NCBI GenBank assembly: GCA_913030915.1 | Contig: CAJWEW010000005.1 | Span: 3,523-67,522 of the forward strand | Reading direction: 5' to 3' | Origin: an uncultured Rhodobiaceae bacterium | GTDB lineage: Bacteria; Pseudomonadota; Alphaproteobacteria; Rhizobiales; TMED25 | Length of the DNA: 64,000 nucleotides | Part shown: piece after piece, positions 43,619-50,617 of the stretch | Position numbering within the stretch: the stretch's first letter is position 1 | Layout: the number at the start of each line of letters is the position of its first letter | The notes under the pieces: generated by a model | Database searches by the model: none | The model's input: only the letters and a program-made list of their open reading frames with translations | What the model was told of the DNA's origin: nothing | Translations under genes and position numbers: made by a program

Positions 43619-44404
43619 ATGATTTTTAATCCATTAATAATTGTTGCGTCTGAGCTCGGTATAAGAGATTTATCATCAGAGCCTCCAAAGCCCAAAGAGC
43701 AAGTGAAGGCGATGGTTACAGCTTTTCGGAAAGTCAATGACTCAGGTATCGGCAGTGTAATAGTCGATGGTGTATCAGACGAACAAGTGACAGAGCTTGA
43801 AGAAAAAGGAGCTTATACTGTTAAAACGGACATGTCAGAATTTGGGAAGGACCATAATTATCGTTCAAAATCTGGGGCTGAGCGCATAGCAGCAACAGTT
43901 AATAAATTTGATCGATATTACACCCATGATATAGTTGTAGCTGTGCCTGATGATATGCCTGAGCTTAAGCCATATTATATGCAAGCACTAATGTATGCGC
44001 TTTCAGATAGTGATGTTGGCATTGCTACGATGGTCTCGCCGTTAACTGATGAAGAGCGATATGACAATGAAGTGGTCAAGGCAAGGGTTGATTGGAACTC
44101 TGACCGAGTCGTTTATCCTTTAGAAGGATCAAAGGTTGGCACTTTAAGGGATATTAGAAGAAATATTGATGACTTTGACACCGATGATATATATAAACTT
44201 GTTCCTATACATGCGTGGAGGAGGGGTCCATTAGACAAACTAATTGAGCTACCACCATCAGACCGTGAATTTGAAGAAGGAACGGACCTTGTCCGAGCCT
44301 TAGATGCTGGCATGAGGATTGATGTCACATTTGTAACCGATAATATGAAGGTATTGATTTCACCAGAAGAACTTGATGAAGCTGCATATGAAATTGAAGG
44401 ATAA
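43619..44404 (+). CDS. KdsB-like (cytidylyltransferase-fold) protein lacking the canonical N-terminal CTP-binding loop
   Basis: The central and C-terminal segments resemble CMP-Kdo synthetase by eye (SKSGAERIAATV, IVVAVPDDMPEL, VGIATMVSPL, DLVRALDAGMRIDV). I chose the ATG at 43619; the longest ORF starts at a GTG at 43589. Confidence 0.55.
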   Translation: MIFNPLIIVASELGIRDLSSEPPKPKEQVKAMVTAFRKVNDSGIGSVIVDGVSDEQVTELEEKGAYTVKTDMSEFGKDHNYRSKSGAERIAATVNKFDRYYTHDIVVAVPDDMPELKPYYMQALMYALSDSDVGIATMVSPLTDEERYDNEVVKARVDWNSDRVVYPLEGSKVGTLRDIRRNIDDFDTDDIYKLVPIHAWRRGPLDKLIELPPSDREFEEGTDLVRALDAGMRIDVTFVTDNMKVLISPEELDEAAYEIEG

Positions 44405-44430
44405 TCTTTTGCTTCAAAGTGAGTTTTAAA

Positions 44431-45699
44431 ATGAATAGACCATACTACAAGCCAGATCCTGTTGGGGGGGCTGAGCAATATGTTGGTGCTGAACATAAAC
44501 TTAATGAGCCATGGGAAGAACAAGCCCATAATGTAAGATTAGTTGGGCATTCAGATTTAAATGGATGGGGTGATGCTTTCCAGATACAGGTTTCAAATGG
44601 AATATGTTATGTTGCTGCATCAGGAATTAATGGCCATAATGGTATGACAATTCTTGATGTCAAAGATCCATCAAAGCCGAAAATATTAAACCAAATATCA
44701 GACTCACCAGGTGCACGTACCCATAAGGTTCTCAGAATTAGTGATGATATATTAATTACAAATTCAGAGTTGAGGCCTAATCTAGTCGGTCAATACCCAG
44801 ATCTAAAAGGTGGATTAAGAGTTTTTGATATATCAGATCCTATCAATCCAAAATTTATTAGACACGTTGAAGTAGACAGTTTTGGTATACATAGACCAAT
44901 CTACGACAGGGATAGAAAATTGATGTATAGCTCTGGTTTTAAAGACGGTTATAGTGGAAAAATACTTCTTATTCATGATATGAAAGATCCATCAAATCCT
45001 GGTTTTATTGGTCATGGATGGGTTGAGGGTCAAAAAGAAGGTGAAGATTTTTCATGGGATAACTCTATAGTTAAAAATGAAGCTTGGTGCCACGAAGGAA
45101 ATCCATGGGGTAACTTCGTAACAGCTGGATGGTGGGATGGAGGTATTGTTTTATTTGACTGTACGGATCCATCAAAACCAGAATTTAAGTGGAGACATAA
45201 CCCGCACGAAACCCATGGCTGGCCTGGAAACTATCATAGTTTTCTTGTTCCAAAAGGCTCTGAATTTGGAATTGTTACTCAAGAAACTATAACTGTCAAT
45301 TGTGAGCATCCGCCAGCGTTCATTACATTCTACGATTTAAGAAATAGAGATGTCCCACTTCCAGTAAGTACATATATGCCATTTGACATTGATCCACTTG
45401 AGATGAGACCATTAGACTCTAAATGGGGGCAAACAGGATCAAGACATGGTGCTCATAATATATGGTTGGATATGGAAAAAAATGATCTTATCTACATTGC
45501 TTGGTTTAATGCTGGGTTAAGGATCATTGACTGGAGCAATCCATTTAGCCCTAAAGAAGTTGGATCTTATATTCCAGCGGGAAATAGAGAAAGATGCTGC
45601 CCACAAAGCAATGATGTTTATGTTGATCGCGAAACGGGACTTATATATATGTCTGATAGGTGGGGTTTAGGTCTGCACATACTCGAATATACAGGTTAA
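44431..45699 (+). CDS. LVIVD-repeat beta-propeller protein, no signal peptide
   Basis: Repeated h-h-D-h-x-D/N-P-x-x-P units: ILDVKDPSKPK, VFDISDPINPK, IHDMKDPSNPG, LFDCTDPSKPE, IIDWSNPFSPK. I chose the ATG at 44431; the longest ORF starts at a GTG at 44419. Confidence 0.75.
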   Translation: MNRPYYKPDPVGGAEQYVGAEHKLNEPWEEQAHNVRLVGHSDLNGWGDAFQIQVSNGICYVAASGINGHNGMTILDVKDPSKPKILNQISDSPGARTHKVLRISDDILITNSELRPNLVGQYPDLKGGLRVFDISDPINPKFIRHVEVDSFGIHRPIYDRDRKLMYSSGFKDGYSGKILLIHDMKDPSNPGFIGHGWVEGQKEGEDFSWDNSIVKNEAWCHEGNPWGNFVTAGWWDGGIVLFDCTDPSKPEFKWRHNPHETHGWPGNYHSFLVPKGSEFGIVTQETITVNCEHPPAFITFYDLRNRDVPLPVSTYMPFDIDPLEMRPLDSKWGQTGSRHGAHNIWLDMEKNDLIYIAWFNAGLRIIDWSNPFSPKEVGSYIPAGNRERCCPQSNDVYVDRETGLIYMSDRWGLGLHILEYTG

Positions 45700-45704
45700 A
45701 TTAT

Positions 45705-46892
45705 ATGAAAACACCTTTAGAAGGTATTAGAGTAATTGAGTTTGGCAACTTTATAGCTGGACCTTTCTGCGGGATGTTGCTCGCAGATATGGGGGCTGAA
45801 GTAATAAAAATTGAGCCTCCGTCAGGTGACTTGGCCAGAGCTATACCACCAATCATTGATGGGAAAAGTGCTGCATTCTTAACCTTAAATAGAAATAAAA
45901 AAAGTTTAGCATTAGATTTAAAGTCCAAAAATGGTAGGTCTCTGACCCTTGAGATATTAAAATCAGCAAATGTAATAATTGAGAACAATAGACCGGGTGT
46001 GATGCAAAGACTGGGTTTGGGTGAAGAGGATGTAAAAAAAATAAATAATAAAATTGTTTACACATCTGTATCTGGTTTTGGACAAACAGGTGAATTAAAA
46101 AATAGAGCGGGTATAAATCTTATTATTGAAGCATTATCAGGAACGTTATCCGTAATGGGTGAGAAGGGGGAAATTCCCCCAAGACCTGGGTTGCAAACAG
46201 CAGATATTCTTGGCGCAATGTTTGCTACTTATTCAACTTTAGCTGGATTAATTGGACAGATTCAACACAATCAAGGTATGCATTCAGATGTAGCTCTAAT
46301 TGAGGCATCCATCGCCTCGGCTGTATGGGAGACAACAGAATACTTGTCGCGTGGTATCGTTCCAGAACAATTAGGGCATTCACACCGAGCGAGTGCACCA
46401 TATCAATTATTTGAAACAAATGATAAAAGGTATATTGCAATAGGTGCACCGAGTGACGCACATTTTAAGAGATTGATGGAAATACTAGATCTAAATGATT
46501 TATTAGAAAATCCGAAATTTATTTCATATTCCAGTAGAAAAGAAAATGAAAAAGATCTTGTCCCAGCTGTTGCAGATAAAATAATGGCTTGGGACTCATC
46601 AAATTTAGAAATTAAATTGACTGAGTCTGGTATACCATGTGGTCGTGTAAGAAATTACAAAGAAGCTTTAAATAATCCTCATAGTATTGAAAGGCAACTG
46701 GTAACGGAAATAGGTGATGGTCAAGGCACTAAAATTAAGACAATACGTAATCCAGTCTTAATTAATCATAAACCAATAAACATAGATAAACTAGCTCCAG
46801 AATTAGGTCAACACAGCTTTGAAATTTTAAAAGAAGTTGGTATAGATAAAACCGCGTTTAGCAAGCTTGTGACTGATGGTATTACTATCTAG
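45705..46892 (+). CDS. Class III (CaiB/BaiF family) CoA-transferase
   Basis: MKTPLEGIRVIEFGNFIAGPFCGMLLADMGAEVIKIEPP N-terminus, ENNRPGVMQRLGL and GLQTADILG motifs. The ATG at 45705 lies 5 nt after the LVIVD stop. Confidence 0.9.
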   Translation: MKTPLEGIRVIEFGNFIAGPFCGMLLADMGAEVIKIEPPSGDLARAIPPIIDGKSAAFLTLNRNKKSLALDLKSKNGRSLTLEILKSANVIIENNRPGVMQRLGLGEEDVKKINNKIVYTSVSGFGQTGELKNRAGINLIIEALSGTLSVMGEKGEIPPRPGLQTADILGAMFATYSTLAGLIGQIQHNQGMHSDVALIEASIASAVWETTEYLSRGIVPEQLGHSHRASAPYQLFETNDKRYIAIGAPSDAHFKRLMEILDLNDLLENPKFISYSSRKENEKDLVPAVADKIMAWDSSNLEIKLTESGIPCGRVRNYKEALNNPHSIERQLVTEIGDGQGTKIKTIRNPVLINHKPINIDKLAPELGQHSFEILKEVGIDKTAFSKLVTDGITI

Positions 46893-47940
46893 CTTTTACT
46901 TTTTCTATTATTGCTTTTGTCATATCAATAGTAGAAGCTTTTCCTCCAATATCTGCTGTTAAGTGTTTTTTTTCTTTGATTACTTCTAATGTTGACTCCT
47001 CAATAATATTTGAAGCCACAATTAATTCTTCCTCACTATATTTAGAGCCCATCCAAGACAGTAGCATTGATGTTGACATAATCATGGCATATGGGTTCGC
47101 AATATTTTTTCCTGCAATATCAGGCGCAGAACCATGCGTTGCTTGAGCCATTGCAATACCATCTCCAAGGCAGAGACCTGGCGCCATACCAATTGAACCA
47201 ATTAAACCAGCTCCAATATCACTTAATATGTCACCAAATTGATTTGTTGTTACTACAATATCAAATGACTCTGGGTTTGAGACCAGGTGCATAGCGGTTG
47301 TGTCAATAAGCTTATCTTCATAAGAGATTGAAGGATATTCCTCTGAAACTTTTACGCATTCTTCAAGGAACATTCCACAACTTAATCTGAATAGGGGTTC
47401 CTTGTGTGCTGCTGTAACTTTGCATCTATTTTTGTTGACAGCTATGTCAAAGGCAGCTTTAGCTACCCTATTAGAACCTTTTCTTGTAATAACTCTTGAT
47501 GCTATAGTGATTTCATCGTTTGGGCGAAATTCAGGGTACCCTCCGACAATTGTGTCTGAACTTTGCAGACCTTCAGTTAATTCTCTTACGAAGATGATGT
47601 CTATATTCTTTGAATTATCATATGACTTTGCAGGTCTTATCGCTGCATATAATCCAAATTTTTTTCTTATAGGGGGCATTTTCCAGGTGGAGTCATTTCG
47701 TGGATAATTAGCGTGTCCAATCGGTCCACAAATGATTCCATGCACGTCATTTAATTGATTGATTGTGTATTCAGGAAAGGTATCACCATATTCAATATGA
47801 GCTAATTTTCCAATGGGTAAGTCAATTAGTTCAATACTGTACCCAAGAGACTTGAGTGTCTCGACTAAAACCAACTTGGCCATTGGGACAATTTCTATAC
47901 CAATATCATCACCGTTCATAATTGCAATTTTTAGCTTCAT
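46885..47940 (-). CDS. Isocitrate/isopropylmalate dehydrogenase family oxidoreductase (tartrate/D-malate/IPM dehydrogenase-like)
   Basis: FVRELTEGL, NQFGDILSD and HGSAPDIAGKNIANP motifs. The stop overlaps the CoA-transferase stop by 8 nt (convergent). Confidence 0.85.
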   Translation of the reverse strand: MKLKIAIMNGDDIGIEIVPMAKLVLVETLKSLGYSIELIDLPIGKLAHIEYGDTFPEYTINQLNDVHGIICGPIGHANYPRNDSTWKMPPIRKKFGLYAAIRPAKSYDNSKNIDIIFVRELTEGLQSSDTIVGGYPEFRPNDEITIASRVITRKGSNRVAKAAFDIAVNKNRCKVTAAHKEPLFRLSCGMFLEECVKVSEEYPSISYEDKLIDTTAMHLVSNPESFDIVVTTNQFGDILSDIGAGLIGSIGMAPGLCLGDGIAMAQATHGSAPDIAGKNIANPYAMIMSTSMLLSWMGSKYSEEELIVASNIIEESTLEVIKEKKHLTADIGGKASTIDMTKAIIEKVKAR

Positions 47941-47970
47941 GCTGAAAGGATATCAGATTTAGAAATTAAA

Positions 47971-48600
47971 TTAATCAAATTTTTTTGAGAGATTATTAAT
48001 GAGTTGAGATACAGATTTATTAGAAAGATAGGATGTAAACTCGTCTTTTTTTTGAAGCGTAAGTGATACACCTGCAAGAGTTAGATCTATTACTTTATAC
48101 TGCTGATCTTTATTCATAATTATCCACCATCTTATTGATGCAAGTCGTGAGTCATCCTTTAAAACATCACCATCTACCAGAAACTCTCTATTTTTTGACC
48201 CTTTTGTTCTACAGCTATCATTAACAATCGCATATATAACATCAGGTTCCTCTTCATCATTATCTAATCTCTCGTATATCGTCTTTGTAAGCATCTTCTG
48301 AATAAGGTCGGTATATACCTCTTTCATATCATCAGGTAGCTTCCGTGCATATTTACCGAGCATAATCTTGCCCATTGTCTCGAAATCAGCATTTTTGATA
48401 AGGAGCTCTGAAAGATTAGATTTTTTTTGATTTTTTGTTAACTCAGGTGAATTGATGATGCTCAATGTTTCATTTGTTACTTCATTAATGAACGTCAGAA
48501 CTTCATCACAGTTTTCACGGCTGTGGGCACTGGACACAATGATAACTAGTAATAATATTGAGTGAATGAGGTATTTTTTTATATTTTGAAACATGACCAA
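47971..48600 (-). CDS. mlaC: Phospholipid-binding periplasmic protein MlaC (Ttg2D family)
   Basis: Signal peptide, NADFETMGKIMLGKYARKL and YKVIDLTLAGVSLTLQKKDEF motifs. Confidence 0.8.
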   Translation of the reverse strand: MVMFQNIKKYLIHSILLLVIIVSSAHSRENCDEVLTFINEVTNETLSIINSPELTKNQKKSNLSELLIKNADFETMGKIMLGKYARKLPDDMKEVYTDLIQKMLTKTIYERLDNDEEEPDVIYAIVNDSCRTKGSKNREFLVDGDVLKDDSRLASIRWWIIMNKDQQYKVIDLTLAGVSLTLQKKDEFTSYLSNKSVSQLINNLSKKFD

Positions 48601-48605
48601 CCTAG

Positions 48606-49439
48606 TTAGAATACTAAGTTGAGATCTCGTGCTGTGTCAATTGAAAATTCAGATGGCTCGTCACTTGGAACACCATTTGAGATTTCATCCATTCTTCTCT
48701 GCATGTACATGTTTCTTACACTGACATAATAATCGGTAGAATTTGCCTCAATGTCGTCAAGTACGTCTAATAATTCTTCTCGTGCTACCACGGCTTCTGA
48801 AATTCCATAGGAGAACCGATATCCATCATTTTGATTTTGTAGATACCAAGTCAGTGGGTGTACTGCAAAGTCCACTACACGTCCTGCAATATGACGTGGT
48901 GTTGATGGTCCAAAGAGGGGTGAAACTATATACGGACCGCTCTCAACCCCATAGATAGCGAGCGTTTGCGCAAAATCTTCAGTGTGCCTCGGGTAACCCA
49001 TATCAGTTGCTGGATCTCCAAACCCAAAAAAACCAATTGAAGAATTAATAACAAACCTATTTACTGTGTTCGATGCGCGTTCTTCTTCGCCCTGAAGAAT
49101 GTCATTAAACAAGATTGTTGGAGACTCTAAATTCCGAAGGAAATTCCTAATTGACTCACGCCCACCTTCTGGAACAATATCTCTATAAGCTTGTGCCATT
49201 GGTTTTAATATTGCTTTGTCAACTGCTTGGTTAAAAGCAAACATTTTTCTATTTGTTGTCTCGTAGGGATCAAAGGTAGTGTAATCTTGATCGGTAATAG
49301 ATGGCTCAACATATGATGAGCTGTAATTTTCGTCAATAAACTGAGAAATATCCGCTTTTGTTGCTATTGGGTGCAAAAAAAACATTAATGAGAGGATTAT
49401 TGCAAAGAATAATCTATGTATTAAAATATTGATCACCAC
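48606..49439 (-). CDS. mlaA: MlaA/VacJ family outer-membrane lipid-asymmetry protein
   Basis: DPYETTNRKMFAFNQAVDKAILKPMAQAYRDIVP and NFLRNLESPTILFNDILQG motifs. Confidence 0.85.
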   Translation of the reverse strand: MVINILIHRLFFAIILSLMFFLHPIATKADISQFIDENYSSSYVEPSITDQDYTTFDPYETTNRKMFAFNQAVDKAILKPMAQAYRDIVPEGGRESIRNFLRNLESPTILFNDILQGEEERASNTVNRFVINSSIGFFGFGDPATDMGYPRHTEDFAQTLAIYGVESGPYIVSPLFGPSTPRHIAGRVVDFAVHPLTWYLQNQNDGYRFSYGISEAVVAREELLDVLDDIEANSTDYYVSVRNMYMQRRMDEISNGVPSDEPSEFSIDTARDLNLVF

Positions 49440-49690
49440 TACATCCCGTGTATTTGTTACTACTTAAAAAAAGCTTAAATTAATATATATCAAATAAGTT
49501 TAAAAACAAATAAATTTGACAAGTCATGTTTTAAGTTTAAGTATCATTTGTTAATTTCATCTTAAAACCTAACGTATTAATTTTAAATATTGTTCAAAAT
49601 TTGGGCAAAATAAATTCAATTTTCCAAATCTAGGTAAATATCAACAGCTTTTTAATCGAGTTTTTCAAATAATCTTGATATTATTACTTT

Positions 49691-50614
49691 ATGAAATCAG
49701 AACAAATAATTTTGCTCGATGGCGGAATTGGGCAGGAAATATATTTAAGAGCAGGATCACCCGAATCGCAAACTCTTTGGTCATTGCAGATAATGCGAGA
49801 CAATCCAGAGATTGTAGTTGGTGTTCATATGGATTTTATAAATGCAGGGTCAAAAGTTTTGAGCTTAAATAACTATGCTGCAACTCCATCAAGATTGGAA
49901 AGAATTGGTATGCTAGATAGTTTTGATGAAATCCATACCTTGTCAGTCCAATTATTAAATTCTGCTATTTCTGAATCAAACTATACCAGATCCAATTTAT
50001 CCATAGCCGGATGCTTACCGCCACTCATCGCTAGTTATACAGCTGAAGACAGACGAGAAAATAAAGAACTTTTTGATGAGTATGTACTCTTAATTGAACA
50101 GCAAATTGATTATGTGGATTTATTTCTAGTCGAGACTATGTCTAGTATCAAAGAGGTATTAGCTGTGACCGATGCTCTTGATTATTTTGGGCTAGGTAAG
50201 TATGTTAGTCTCACTTTAGATGATGATTATCCAAATTTACTCAGATCTGGCGAAAAGTTGGTGGATGCAATTAAATTATTGGAAATGAGATCTGCGGATG
50301 CAATTTTATTAAATTGCTCCCGCCCCGAAACAATATCATCGGCATTATCAAACTTTAAAAATACTGAAATACCTTTTGGTGCTTATGCAAATGGTTTCTC
50401 TTCTGTAAAAGATTTAAAATTTGGAAAAAGTGTAAATGTATTAGATGCAAGAAATGACCTCGGTCCAGATGAATATTCAGAATTTGTGATGGATTGGATT
50501 GCTCACGGTGCAAGAATAATTGGTGGCTGCTGTGAGATTAGTCCACAGCATATCAACAAAGTTTCGGATCAGTTACATCTAAATGGTTTTAAGACTACAA
50601 AGTTCGGATTATAA
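49691..50614 (+). CDS. Homocysteine S-methyltransferase family protein (BHMT/MmuM-like)
   Basis: ILLDGGIGQEI N-terminus. Zinc-ligand cysteines in LLNCSRP and IGGCCEISPQHI. Confidence 0.85.
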   Translation: MKSEQIILLDGGIGQEIYLRAGSPESQTLWSLQIMRDNPEIVVGVHMDFINAGSKVLSLNNYAATPSRLERIGMLDSFDEIHTLSVQLLNSAISESNYTRSNLSIAGCLPPLIASYTAEDRRENKELFDEYVLLIEQQIDYVDLFLVETMSSIKEVLAVTDALDYFGLGKYVSLTLDDDYPNLLRSGEKLVDAIKLLEMRSADAILLNCSRPETISSALSNFKNTEIPFGAYANGFSSVKDLKFGKSVNVLDARNDLGPDEYSEFVMDWIAHGARIIGGCCEISPQHINKVSDQLHLNGFKTTKFGL

Positions 50615-50617
50615 ATT

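Noticed and set aside
44113-44529. 138-aa antisense ORF, and similar minus- or plus-strand shadow ORFs (for example 38682-39008, 62288-62662, 32974-33255, 35094-35387, 30180-30464, 47402-47707)
   Set aside because: All lie fully inside well-supported genes on the opposite strand or in another frame. They have low-complexity or hydrophobic junk composition and no motifs, which is typical of shadow ORFs.
45660-45704. Upstream extension of the CoA-transferase ORF overlapping the LVIVD gene
   Set aside because: The family N-terminus (MKTPLEGIRVIEFG) begins at the ATG at 45705, 5 nt after the LVIVD stop. The extension has no homology and would overlap by 40 nt.
41433-47940. Integrative genomic island inserted at the tRNA
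   Set aside because: There is no integrase, recombinase, transposase or other mobility gene. I could not find a direct repeat of the tRNA 3' end downstream by eye. I report it only as an accessory-looking metabolic block, not as a mobile element.
49440-49690. SAM-II/SAM-V riboswitch in front of the homocysteine S-methyltransferase
   Set aside because: AAAAAGCT (about 49468) and AGCTTTTT (about 49645) are complementary but about 170 nt apart. That does not fit a compact pseudoknot of about 50-60 nt next to the RBS, and I saw no recognisable consensus. I list it as an unexplained spacer, not as a riboswitch.
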